From: Octopus sinensis
Lineage: Eukaryota
Reading direction: 5' to 3'
Length of the DNA: 64,000 nucleotides
NCBI RefSeq assembly: GCF_006345805.1
Contig: NC_043005.1
Coordinates: 106,206,001-106,270,000, forward strand
Position numbers and translations under genes: made by a program. Every line of letters begins with the position of its first letter. The stretch's first letter is position 1. This document shows positions 1 to 13,225 of this stretch, in pieces. A model generated the notes under the pieces. The model did not search any database, was not told the DNA's origin, and was given only the letters and a program-made list of their open reading frames with translations.

Positions 1-130
1 CACACGCATACACACACGTGTGTGTGTGGTATATATATGCATATGTATGTATTTATATATACATATATACATAATATATATGCATATATATATATGTATA
101 TATATAATATATATATATATTATATATATG

Positions 131-173
<43 letters not shown>

Positions 174-399
174 ATGTATGTATATATATATGTAATATAT
201 ATTATATATATATATATATATATAATTAGTATATGTATGTATATATATATATATATGTATATTATAATTATATAGATATATGTATGTATTTATATATGTG
301 TGTATATATATATATGTATATTTAACAATGATTCCCCCCCTCACATTATTAAGTTACATATGTATTTTTCCCCTCACATACATCACAAGTAAAACATAC

Positions 400-490
400 A
401 GCTAGATGCATCGGTGCAGCATAACATGGTGTGGTACCAGCGCACCATAGCTTCTCTCTTTCTTGCTTCCTCTCTTGGAAGTTATCTTCA
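400..490 (-). CDS. Candidate 91-nt coding exon (EDNFQERKQEREKLWCAGTTPCYAAPMHLA)
   Basis: Acceptor attttctgaacattttag, donor GCT|gtatgt, open frame (phase 2 in, phase 0 out); no homology recognised. Confidence 0.2.
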
Positions 491-877
491 CTAAAATGTT
501 CAGAAAATATCAAATGTTTGAGGTCAAGTGAAGAAAATGGAAATCAAAGAAATTAAGTCCAATTCTTGGAAACTTATTTATTTTATCATCATTTTTATTG
601 ATTTATTATGTATCTCATGTTGAATATATTTTCTTTTATTTTTTATTACACTCTCTCTATGAGGTATTCTTCAAATATATATAAACAAATAAACAATATA
701 CATATACGAGTGTGTGTGTGTGTGTATGGCTATGTGGTTAACATGTTGAGATGTTTGATTTGTAGTGATTTAGTTTTGAGTTCTGTTCAACTGCCTGGCA
801 GCTTGGGCAAGTGTCTTCTGCAATAGACAGAAACTGTATGGAAGCTCAATGTGCATATATATGTATGTGTACCCATG

Positions 878-924
<47 letters not shown>

Positions 925-1205
925 ATATATGGTTATGTGTACAAGCTGTAAACATCCTATGACTTGACTTGTCAACCTTTGAGCAAACTGATGATATGAT
1001 GTTTACATCCTTTGTTGTCATGGCAATCAGACACTCCGCTCTTTTAAAGACCAGTGGAAAAAAAAAAAACGTAACATTGTTAGCTGAAAAAAGAAAGGAT
1101 GGGGACAGATTGGGAACGATGTATAAAATGCTGTTTTAGTAAGAACTCCATCCAGCCCATAACTAGTTTGGAAAAAGTTGAAATGGATATTGAAGAAACA
1201 AAGGA

Positions 1206-1680
1206 ATCATCATCATCATCATCATCGTTTAACGTCTGCTTTCCATGCTAGCATGGGTTGGACGATTTTGACTGAGGGCTGGTGAACCAGATGGCTGCAC
1301 CAGGCTCCGATCTTGATCTAGCAGAGTTTCTACAGCTGGATGCCCTTCCTAATGCCAACCACTCTGAGAGTGTAGTGGGTGCTTTTATGTGCCACCGGCA
1401 TGGGTACTGGCAACGACCTCGCTCGAATCTTTTACACATGCCACTGGCACAGGTGCCAGTAAGGCGATGCTGGTAACGATCACACTTGAATGGTGCCCTT
1501 TTACATGCCACTGGCACGGAAGCCAGTTAGCCACTCTGGCAACGATCACACTCGGATGGTGCTCGTGGCACCCTACTAGCACAGGCACAGGTGCCAGTAA
1601 GGTGACGCTGGTAATGATCACACTTGAATGGTGCCTTTTATGTGCCACTGGCATGGAAGCTGGTTAGCTACTCTGTCAAT
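1206..1680 (-). mobile_element. 3' end/UTR of RTE-type LINE
   Basis: Same (CAT)n-cgtttaacgtc...ccatgctagcatggg tail and UTR as the RT-bearing copy at 36122-37015; internal ~60-bp tandem units. Confidence 0.85.
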
Positions 1681-2084
1681 GATATATAAAATGTTATCAT
1701 CATCATCATCATTAATTTAAGGTCCACTTTCCCATACTTGCATGGATGTGATGGAATTCAATGAGGCGGATTTTTTAGCGTGATGCCTCTACTGTCACCA
1801 ACTTTAAGCGGTTTCAATGCAAGTTAGTTTATTTTTTTATTGAATTTATTTAATGGATCTCCCTTTCTTTATTAGTCAGGGCATTGTGTCCCAATTTACT
1901 ATTGCAGCCGACTGCATTGATACATGAAAGCCCATCAGTGCAATAGGTCTTGAACACTGATGGTAAGAAGGTTCAGTTTCAAATCAATATATAAATCTCC
2001 TTTATGTACACAATAGTTTTTCCCCCCTCCAGCTTTTAAATTCTCTCTCTCTCTCTCTTTCTTTCTCCCACCCACACATGCATA

Positions 2085-2432
2085 CACATCTTGAGCACCC
2101 TGTTCGGTCATGAATCACCATGGGATTGCACCTAGAAAGTTACGCTCTGAGGCACAAGTCCAGGCAAGGTTGTTTATGGAAGGCCAGCAATCACCCATGC
2201 ATACCAGCTTCCCTTCTCCACACCACTGATGTGGTGTGGAGAGGGAAAGGCAAAGGGGCCGATACAGCCTGGTACCAGTGATGTCACAACTCATTTCTAC
2301 AGCTGAGTGAACTGGAGCAACATGAAATAAAGTGTCTTGCTCAAGAACACAACATGCAGTCTGGTCCAGGAATCGAACTCATAACCTCAAGATCGTAAGC
2401 TCGATGCTCTAACCACTGAGCTATGCACTTCA
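2085..2432 (-). mobile_element. tRNA-derived SINE (second family)
   Basis: Minus strand starts with A-box/B-box-like tRNA head (gctcagtggttagagc...gttcgattcctgg) followed by gcaagacacttt core. Confidence 0.8.
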
Positions 2433-3008
2433 CTGAGCCATACACATCTACATACACACATTTATATGTGTTTATGTATGTTTAAATACATACATATACA
2501 TATATATAAATATATATGCATATGTGTGTGTGTGTCCCTATATCTATACACACTCTCATACCCATACCATATATAATTGTATATATAAATACATTCATGG
2601 TAGAGTAAAACTCAATAGAAGACAGCTCTTTGCAGGAAGATTTAATATAATCAAAACTAGAATAGAACATACATACATTAATACACGTATATTGTACATT
2701 TAAATATACATAGACTTCTTTTACTCTCTGTGTTTGTATGCTTATAAATCATAATAATTACTGCTAGTTATTTATTCACACACTGATGTTGAGAAATACA
2801 GCTTGTTCTTTAAATTTCAGGTGATTGTTTGAACCCTGGAATTTCGGATGATCAGAGATGTCTGTCAATGAGTTCTCTTGATATCAGAAGAGGAACAAAT
2901 GTGTTGTATCTACCACAACATTTAACTGATATTTTATATTATTGACCTTCCAAGAATGAAGCTTATGTTGACCTTGGGTAAATTTGAAATCAGTACATAG
3001 AAGTTTGC

Positions 3009-3412
3009 AACTAAAAACTGGTAAGTATAGAAAAGAGCAATATAGAAAACTAACGATATGAGACTTTAGAATAAGGTAACAATCACCAAAAGCCAATAAA
3101 GAACCATGATTACCATTACTGCTGAGGGTCAGTTCCTTCCCTCTGCTAGAATGGAAGCTGTTCTATTTGGCAAGGTAATCTATCTGGTGCTGTAAAGTCA
3201 CATGTCAGCTGGTGGGACATGCGTAGCTGAGTATGATATATTTTCAGCTCTGTATTGGTAAGCTACTATGATAAAATACAGAAAGGAAATAGTCTCACTA
3301 AAGGGAAGTAATCCTGGTTCTTAATTGGCTTCAGATGATCGTTACCTTATTCTAAAGTCGCATATCGTTAGTTTTCTATATTGATGTTTTCTATACTTAG
3401 CAGTATTTAGTT
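3009..3412. mobile_element. MITE-like element with ~100-bp inverted arms
   Basis: 3009-3113 is the reverse complement of 3307-3412 with scattered mismatches. Confidence 0.7.
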
Positions 3413-4239
3413 TATCTGTAATTGCTCATGGGCCAGCTTGGTTTAAGATGCCTTCTGAGTACCAGCAGCCCATGGTTTGGAGTTCAATAGTAGTGTGTGT
3501 GTGTGTGTGTATAAGTATTTAATAAATCGTGTTGTATACACCAGGTAGTTTGCCAGCAATAGAGAAATTTTCTTGCCAATGGGTGATGCAGTTTGTTGCA
3601 GTATGAACAATTTCTCATGGTGGCAGAATTGGCAACGACAAATTTCAAGTGAACAGGGAGGAAGATGGCCTAGGATGTCCCATGTGATGCTAGGAAAGTA
3701 ATTTTCTGATCCCAGAGGTATCAGATGAGATGGGACAGGGAGTTGGAGATTTCCCTTTCACAGCATCTCATGAAATGCAAATGTTGAATAAATATTCCCC
3801 TGATATAGTTCGCTACATTAAATACTACATGGGTATAACGACCAATGGTTTCAAGGAAAAGATTGACATGGAGCTAAACAACAGCAGCTACATGAAATTT
3901 TGAGACAACTTATTAAATAAAATAATTTCTTTCAATCTCTCTAGCTATTTACCTATCCATCCATTCATCCATTCTCTTTTGTTCTCTCTTTCTATATACA
4001 TATATGCATGTGCATGCGGCTGAGTGTATGTATGTGTGTATATATATATTAGATAATAAACGTGTATATATATATAAACTATATATATATATAATACACA
4101 CACACACCACATATACACACATATATACATACATACATATTTACATATATATACATACATATATATATGTGTGTGTGTGTGTGTGTATATATATATTATA
4201 TATATGTACCTATATATGTATGTATGTATGCTTGTATGT

Positions 4240-4540
4240 ATGATGTGACCAGAGGTAGCAAGCCACACAGCAGCACCAGGCTCCAGTCTGATTTGGCATG
4301 GTTCTTACATCTGGATGCCCTTTCTAATGCCAACACCATTACAGAGTGTGTTGGGTGCTCTCATGTGGCACTGCACGAATGCACTTATGTAACACCAGCA
4401 CACTCTGTAAAGTGGTTGGTATTAGGAAGCGCATCCAGCTGTAGAGACCATGCCAAATTAGAGTGGGGCCTGGTGTAGCTCTTCAGCTTGCCATCTCTTG
4501 TCAAACCATCCAACCCATGCAAGCATGAATGATGATGATG
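4240..4540 (+). mobile_element. Diverged RTE 3' end
   Basis: ggatgccc...aaccatccaacccatgc...(GAT)n tail. Confidence 0.7.
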
Positions 4541-4546
4541 AGGATA

Positions 4547-4954
4547 CTCTCTTTTACTCTTTTACTTGTTTCAGTCATTTGACTGCGGCCATGCTGGAGC
4601 ACTGCCTTTAGTCGAGCAAATCGACCCCGGGACTTATTCTTTGTAAGCCCAGTACTTATTCTATCGGTCTGTTTTGCCAAACCGCTAAGTTACGGGGACG
4701 TAAACACACACCGCATCGGTGTCAAGCAATGCTAGGGGACAAACACAGACACACAAACATATACACACACATATATATATACATATATACGACAGGCTTC
4801 TTTCAGTTTCCGTCTACCAAATCCACTCACAAGGTTTTGGTCGGCCCGAGGCTATAGCAGAAGACACTTGCCCAAGATGCCACGCAGTGGGACTGAACCC
4901 GGAACCATGTGGTTGGTTAGCAAGCTACTTACCACACAGCCACTCCTACGCCTA
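4547..4954 (-). mobile_element. tRNA-derived SINE family A, full length
   Basis: Head taggcgtaggagtggctgtgtgg...ggttcagtccc, central CA/TA tract, (taaaagag)n tail; more than 10 copies in window. Confidence 0.9.
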
Positions 4955-4979
4955 GGATGATATATATATATATATATAT

Positions 4980-5200
4980 AAAATTAAATAAGGGTAGAAA
5001 TTGATATTAATCAATTAAAACTGGTGGTTTAGCATATCTTTAAAAAATCCGAAGATTAAAAATTGTTTTACATACAAAATTTAGAGGATTGACCACTACA
5101 AGTGGACAGCCTATATGCTAAACATAGACGTCAAATCGCCATTTACCACGAAGAATGTGTTCTCAAGAAAAATCTCAGCAAAAAAACAAAGTGTAAAAAT
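4980..5200 (+). mobile_element. Single-arm copy of the TA-anchored foldback family (cf. 16415 and 17325)
   Basis: Shares aataaggg..aaattg.atattaat...gtggtttagc...ccacta..gtggac...gaat.gttctcaagaaaaat with the 16.4-kb element. Confidence 0.6.
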
Positions 5201-5211
5201 AAGCAAGACTA

Positions 5212-5212
5212 C

Positions 5213-5245
<33 letters not shown>

Positions 5246-5279
5246 CAGTAGTAGTAGTAGTAGTAGTAGTAGCAGCAGC

Positions 5280-5328
<49 letters not shown>
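5212..5328 (+). repeat. (AGT)n microsatellite
   Basis: Direct reading; explains poly-Ser/poly-Thr ORFs. Confidence 0.95.
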
Positions 5329-5932
5329 ATATTTTTTATATTATTGTAAATAAACTCATTCAAGTACATAAACATATGATTTATAATGCAGCTAGTACAA
5401 AATATAATAGCTTGCAAACAATATTTTCTTCAAGTTATGTTTTTTTGTATAAAGATTAGAATTATAGATAAGTAAATCTGCAACAAATATCAACAACAGA
5501 ATCTCAGGTATTAACATCTATAGTGTGACTAACAGATTCAATACTTAAGAAGAAGTCTTCACAAACTAATCTAAAGAAACCTTTTGAATTTCTGGATTCT
5601 TAGCTACATTTCACAGTTGAGTATATTCTAAGAATTGAATATATAAGGCAAAAATATTGGTTGTTTTCTACCCAAAAAGTTTGGCTCTTTTATACCCAAA
5701 GGAACATTACAGAACACATTTGATAAGGAAGCCAAAACAGTATATTTGCCAACTTTGCTTTGTGAATATTCTTCGAAATCCTTCATATAACAAACTTTTC
5801 AATTATATCTTCTTTTGTATTTTTTCATTTTGTTTCCTTCCAGTTGATTTCAAAGTAAGTTTGTACATAGATATATCCATATGTGCACATATATGTCTAG
5901 ATATGTATGAATGTGTGTATGTGTGTATATAT

Positions 5933-5981
<49 letters not shown>

Positions 5982-5982
5982 G

Positions 5983-6013
<31 letters not shown>

Positions 6014-6042
6014 AGATATGTGTATTGAGATATATAAAGTGG

Positions 6043-6073
<31 letters not shown>

Positions 6074-6921
6074 GTATATCATACCCACACACAAGTACAT
6101 GCACACGGAAAAATGGAGAGAAAAACTCACACACACACAAATGCCACCCCATGTTCAAATAAAAGCAGTTAAATTTTGTATTATAAAACAGTGCTGAGAG
6201 AAAAAGAGAGAGAGAGAGAGAGAATGAGAGAAAGTATTTCGCCTTGAAAGAAAATATACTAAGATACAAAATAAAATACCACTTCCAGGATACTGCCAAC
6301 ACCATGGCAACATACCGACCACTGCTCTTAGTTGATGTTTGATCCGGTTTTACTTTGAAATGCTGAACCATTCATGCTGTCCTGTGATTCAGTAATACAT
6401 ATGCTTAGATAAAGAAGTGATATGAGATGCTGGTACAACCAACATGGTTTGTTATATGCATGTGTTGCATGTACGTAGGCATGTATGTATATATATATAT
6501 ATATATATATTCTAGATAAACATGAATGTGTACACAACATTTAAGTAAATATAGTTGTGCATGTGTATGTGCATGTGTATGTGTGTATGTGCATGTATGT
6601 ATACATGTATGTATATATATGCATATATATATAATATGTATATGTATATATATATACACACACACATACATATATATACATATATATAAAAAACATGCAT
6701 GCATATATATATATTTACATATATTTATATATATATAAAAATATATTTATATATATATATATATACATATATACATACATATATGTATATATATATAGAC
6801 AAGCATACACACACATATACTTATTAATAGAGCTCCTTATTCGATAAGTTATGTGTGGTTTGGGATGGGAGTAGTAATGAAAAGATGTTAATTAAATTGC
6901 TGTATATTTTAATCTCCCTAG

Positions 6922-6963
<42 letters not shown>

Positions 6964-7437
6964 TATTACTACTATATTATTGTTGTTATCATTATTATCA
7001 TGATGATGATGATGAAAGTGATGATGATAGCGATGATGATGATTATGAGATGATGATGATAACAACGACATTGACAATGATGATGATTGTTGTTATTGGT
7101 GTGGTTGCTGTTAAATATTTTACTTGTTTATTTAATTTCAAATGAAATCTACCCCTTCCCCCCACCCAGATCCTCCACAATTCTATTCTTACCCTTTGGT
7201 TTCCCTTTTATTTCGTAGTTCTTTATTTCTCTATATTTTTATATCTATGTTCTATACAAATAAAAATATATAATTCTTATTGGATCTATTGTCTTTTTTT
7301 ATATTTATTTATCATTTCCTTCAATAGTCAATTTTTTTGCCTTAGATCTTTTTTTGCATGGGATTTTAACAAGAAAAAAAATTCCAGAACAAAAAATTAA
7401 TGAAAAATTTCAAAACCATATACATATATATATATAT

Positions 7438-7488
<51 letters not shown>

Positions 7489-7493
7489 ATATA

Positions 7494-7558
<65 letters not shown>

Positions 7559-7575
7559 AATATATATATATATAT

Positions 7576-7609
<34 letters not shown>

Positions 7610-8133
7610 CATACATACATACACATAAATAAAATAAAAATAGGGTAAAATATGAAAAAAATAACTAATTTTTCTGCACTATCATGAGAAAAATGTGTAG
7701 TGTTCTTGTATTTCTAGTATATTGTCCCACATTAAATATATTCAAAGAAATCTTCATATCTCTTTTATTCCAACAAAAATATCCTGGAATAATTTTATGT
7801 CTTTTTTCATCCAATAAAATTTACACCCAACTATTTGTCTTGAAATTTATAGAGTATACAGACACACATACTCATGTATACATACATATATGCATATTCC
7901 TCTCTCTCTCTCTACCTCTCTCTCTCTCTCTCGTCCTCTCTCTCACTGCAGATATACATATATATATAAAATGAATAAAAGCAGTAATAAAGAATTATCG
8001 AAAATTCTGACTACTTCCTTTTTCGCAATATTTATATATATATATATGCATACATATATATGTATGTGAGTGTATATATATATTTGTGTGTGTATATATA
8101 TTATATATATATATATGTGTGTATATATATTAT

Positions 8134-8192
<59 letters not shown>

Positions 8193-8311
8193 AATATATA
8201 TATATGTATGTATATATATGTATATATATGTATATATATATATATATATATAAATATATAGATAGACAGATAGATAGATAGATAGATAGATATATAAATA
8301 TATATATATAC

Positions 8312-8349
<38 letters not shown>

Positions 8350-9261
8350 TGTATATATATGCATATATATGCATTTATATATGTATAAAATGTATATACA
8401 TATATACACATACATATATGAATATATATATACATACTTCTATGCCCCTACATATACATACTCATATTTTATGTATATATATATATATGTCTGCATATGT
8501 ATGTGTTTGTGTGAGTGTGTGTGTGCATGTGGGTCAACAGACATATATTTCCAGAGCTTTTTGCAACTGCTTTCTGTATTGGCATGAATTCGATGGGTTG
8601 TCACTGGCTGAGTTAGTTCTTACTTAGAGTTTCTGCCTTCTTTAATCAATTAGAAACCACAGCAGGTTTCATGCATTCCATTTTTGGTATGTTTTATTTT
8701 TTCTATGGCTGGATGACCTTGTTATTGCCAACCATTTTTAGAGAATGTACTGACTGCATTTTATTGCGGTAGAAGTAGTAGAGGGTTTGTCTTGTGTGTG
8801 GCTGGACAAAAGAGTGCTCTTTGCTTCACAATGTTTCCATTTGTTAGCTAACGTCTTTACAGAAAGAATTTGTTGCTGTGGATTCCTCTAGCCCTATTGA
8901 GGTATCCTTGCCCCTGGTACTACTAACCATTCTACCTTATCTTCATTCATCTTCTCACTAGTACAAGAGGTTGTCTCATCTTCAGCAGATAGTTGATGGA
9001 ATGATCAGACTGAGAGGATGATAGAGGAAGAGTAATTAAAAAGAGTAGAGGAGTGATAGGAATGAGTGATTAAAAGAAAGAAAAGTGAATGTAGGGAAAG
9101 AGACAGCTATATGAAGGTTGTTGGTAATGAGATTGAATAGAAATGGCATGAGTGGAAGAAAGAGAGGAAGGAGTGAGACTGGTTAATAGAAAAGTGATTA
9201 ATAGAAGTGAAAGAATGATGGAAGAGTATGTGCTGGGGAGGGAGAGAGAGTTGGGTAGTAA

Positions 9262-9503
9262 CCCTTTAACATTTAAACAGGTTATATCTGGCCTAAATAT
9301 TGCTACCTGTTTGATGTTCAAACCAGTCACATCCAGCTCCTGATATCTCTCCTACAATGTCTTTAACGTCTCTCCTATAATTGCATATAAAAATATGCAA
9401 TCACATTATCAAAATCACAAGGCTACAAGAAAATGCATTATTAATTAAAAACCGTGTGATTAATGAGCATTATATCTGACGAAGTAATTTGAATACTAAA
9501 GGG
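9262..9503. mobile_element. piggyBac-like MITE
   Basis: CCCTTTA...TAAAGGG termini, right end followed by TTAA; related copy at 59863-60082. Confidence 0.7.
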
Positions 9504-10036
9504 TTAAGAAAGAGCGATAGGAAGGGAGTAATGTGATGAGTGCCATGGATAACAAAGAAAATGTGTGGAAGTAAGGCAATGGGAGCACTGGATGTCAGTA
9601 ATGAGGGGACAAAGAAATAATGGGATAGAGAGAGAGAGAGAGAGAGAGAAAAGTAGGGATAGAAACATAGTAGTAATGTTACTAGGAACTGAATACGGAT
9701 AGATACGATATGGTGTTGTCCCTCATAACACAGTCTTTGTGACTGGAAAAAGGTAAGTGATTATAGCATAGCATATTGGCAGAAGAGGGGTGGGTGATAG
9801 AAGATAGAATAATGAAGAGAGAGACGTGTGTGTGAGAGAGAGAGAGAGAGAGTGGGGAGAGGGAGAATGGTCCATAATACTTAATATAGATATACTGATT
9901 AGAAGTGATTTAAATATAGATATATACATCCAAATCTCCATTACCATCACTGAAAGCTATCATCAATTCTTATGCTAATTTTTTCCATGCTTGCTTGGGT
10001 GGAGCTGGTATTCTCTAATACATTGCATTGCATCAA

Positions 10037-10455
10037 GTTGGGATCTTCTGCTATTGCCACAAGTTGTGATCTTCTGTAACTGCCTCAAATTGTGATCTTC
10101 TGCTATTGCCCCAGGTTGTGATCTGTCTCTGCCCCAGGTTGTGATCTGTCACTGCCCCAAGTTATGATCTATCACTGCCTCAAATTGTAATCTTCTGCTA
10201 TTGCCCCAAGTTGTGATCTGTCATTGCCTCAAATTGTGATCTACTATTGCCCCAGGTTGTGATCTGTCACTGCCCCAAGTTGTGATCTGTCACTGCCCCA
10301 AGTTGTGATCTATCACTGCCCCAAGTTATGATCTGTCACTGCCCCAGGTTGTGATCTGTCACTGCCCCAAGTTGTGATCTGTCACTGCCCCAAGTTATGA
10401 TTTGTCACTGCTCCAAGTTGTGATCTGTCATTGCCTCAAATTGTGATCTTCTGTC
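10037..10455 (+). repeat. 23-bp minisatellite gttgtgatctgtcactgccccaa with 26-bp variants, roughly 18 units
   Basis: Direct tandem repetition, no unique spacers. Confidence 0.95.
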
Positions 10456-10489
10456 AATGCCTTTATGAAGTTCAGCATTCTGATATCAA

Positions 10490-10895
10490 TCATCAAATTA
10501 TCCTTGTGTTCCCTCTTCCACAGTTTCCATTCAATCTGAGTGCTCCACATGTTTTTATTGGACTGGCTTCATCCACACACATTACATTCTTATACCAGCA
10601 GAGTTTTATCTCCTGCATACTACATCACATTCCTTGTATATCCAGCTTTTCTCTCATCTCATTTGTGCACGACATTACACATCCAGCTGAGAATTCTCAT
10701 ATCATTTCTGCCCAGCTTTTGCCCAAATCTGCTGGCATTTAAGATGCATATCCTGATTCATACTATCTACCCCTTCACTTTGAAAGAGAAAGCCCTTGCC
10801 ATTAGTAGACTCTTGAAATCTTTACATCCTGTTTTTCACTCTGGCAACTATGCTTTCAAAATCCCCTTCCACTGTTGATTTGGTCACCTAGGTAA
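10490..10895 (-). pseudogene. Degenerate RTE LINE ORF C-terminus
   Basis: Minus translation RNDMRILSWMCNV...REKLDIQG...KLCWY...GNCGRG parallels the 36.6-37.0-kb RTE ORF. Confidence 0.7.
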
Positions 10896-11196
10896 CAAAA
10901 GCTATCAACTATCTTTTGATAATTTATTTGTAGATTTTCTAGTTGTCAATGATAAGGAAAACAATTTTAGATTTATCTTTTTATTTATATACAGAATAAA
11001 TTATAAAAAGCATTGAATGGATATGTTCACACTATAAAACTAGTGGATATAATTCGAATGTTGTTGTGTCAGTGGTTCAGCTGCTTATCTTTTTGATATA
11101 CGATGACAAAATTATTGAATTTCTTTATATTTTTATCAACCATTTAAGAGTATGACAACGTAATATTTGACTTGGGCTTTGAAACCATTATCTTCT

Positions 11197-11434
11197 GTCT
11201 TTTACTTGTTTCAGTCATTTGGCTGTGGCCATGCTGGGGCACTGCCTAGGAGAATAGTAGTCAAGTGAATTGACCTCAGTTGTTATTTTTTAAAGCTTAG
11301 TATTTATTCTATTGGTCTTTTTGCTGAACTGCTAAGTTGCAAAGGACATAAACACACCAGCACAAGTCATGAAGCAGTCATGGGGGACAAACACAGGCAC
11401 ATATATATAATATACATACATACACCACACATAT

Positions 11435-11512
<78 letters not shown>

Positions 11513-12156
11513 TATATATATATAATATATATATATATATAATATATATATATATAATATATATATATATATATGTATATATATGTATATATATATATAC
11601 GTAGGCACAGGAGTGGCTGTGTGGTAAGTAGCTTGCTTACCAACCACATGGTTCTGGGTTCAATTCCACTGCATAGCACCTTGCACAAATATCTTCTACT
11701 GTAGCCTTGGGCTGACTAAAGACTTGTGAGTGGATTTGGTTGATGGAAACTGAAAGAAGCCCGTCGTATATACTCTTTACTCTTTTACTTGTTTCAGTCA
11801 TTTGACTGCAGCCATACTGGAGCACCGCCTTTTAGTCGAGCAAATCGACCCCGGGACTTATTCTTTGTAAGCCCAGTACTTATTCTATTTGTCTCTTTTG
11901 CCAAACCACTAAGTGACGGGGACGTAAACACACGGTTGTCAAGCAATGCTAGGGGGACAAACACACACACACACATATATATATACATATATACGACAGG
12001 CTTCTTTCAGCTTCTGTCTACCAAATCCACTCACAAGGCATTGGTCGGCCCGGGGCTATAGCAGAAGACACTTGCCCAAGGTGCCACTCAGTGGGACTGA
12101 ACCCGTTACCATGTGGTTGGTTAGCAAGCTACTTACCACACAGCCACTCCTGCGCC

Positions 12157-12188
<32 letters not shown>

Positions 12189-12605
12189 CATGTGTATATG
12201 CTTGTGTGTCTGTGTTTGTCCCACTAGAATTGCTTGACAACTGATGCTGGTGTGTTTACGTCCCCATAACATAGCAGTTTGGCAAAAGATACCGATAGAA
12301 TAAGTACTAGGCTTACAAAGAATAAGTCCTGAAGTCGATTTCCTCAACTAAAGGCAGTGCTCCAGCATGGCCACAGTCAAATGACTGAAACAAGTAAAAG
12401 TATACAAGAATAAAAGAATATATATATATATATACATATATATAATGAGCTTCTTTCAGTTTCCATCTCTACAAAAATTGTCTCACATATGTTTGGTCAA
12501 CTAGAGGCTATATTAGAAGATACTTCCAAGGTAATACACAGTGGAATTGCATCTGGATCCATGTGATTGGGAAACAAGATTCTTACCACACATCCATGCT
12601 TGCAT
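11197..12605. mobile_element. Three nested family A SINEs
   Basis: 3' half(-) 11197-11397, head(+) 11601-11772, full copy(-) 11773-12157, 3' half(+) 12190-12420, head(-) 12445-12605. Confidence 0.8.
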
Positions 12606-13019
12606 AAGGTAACTTTCTGATGTCGAAACAGTAGCAATTGGGAACAGGTGTTGAAGGTGGAGCTTTTGTTATAAAGTATATTTGTCCACATTCTAAGACA
12701 AAGATCAAAAGATGTTTTAATTAATATGCATAAAAAATGTATTTTCATTATTATATATGAAAAAAACAACTGGTAAACAAATGACTGGTATCTGATATAT
12801 GATGATGGAATTAGATGAATTCTTTTAATAATTATTGACAATTTTTCTTTCCTTTTAGAGCATGGCAGAATGTATTAGTTGAATTTTTCATCTTGAAGTC
12901 ATAAGAAAATTTTCTAACTTCATAAAGATAGCAAATGGGAGCAAGTGTTGAAGATAGAAATCTTGTCAAACAAGATCTTTAAAGCAAAAATCAAAATAGA
13001 ATTTAGTTAATGTGAATAA

Positions 13020-13187
13020 TAGGCGTAGGAGTGGCTGTGTGGTAAGTAGCTTGCTTACGAACGACATGATTCCGGGTTCAGTCCCACTGCATGGCTTCTT
13101 GGGAAAGCGTCTTCTACTATAGCCTCAGGCCGACCAAAGCCTTGTGAGTGGATTTGGCAGATGGAAATTGAAAGAAGCCCGTCGTAA

Positions 13188-13225
<38 letters not shown>

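Noticed and set aside
2211-2246. Perfect small hairpin inside a SINE
   Set aside because: Best explained as a local template-switch inversion in one copy; no functional sign
2821-2945. Plus-strand exon GDCLNPGISDDQRC... after a good acceptor
   Set aside because: No convincing donor before the in-frame stop and no recognisable homology
3248-3257. 10-nt plus-strand microexon (CTCTGTATTG|gtaagc)
   Set aside because: Lies inside the spacer of a MITE-like element
10037-10455. CRISPR-like array
   Set aside because: Head-to-tail units with no unique spacers, no cas genes, eukaryotic context
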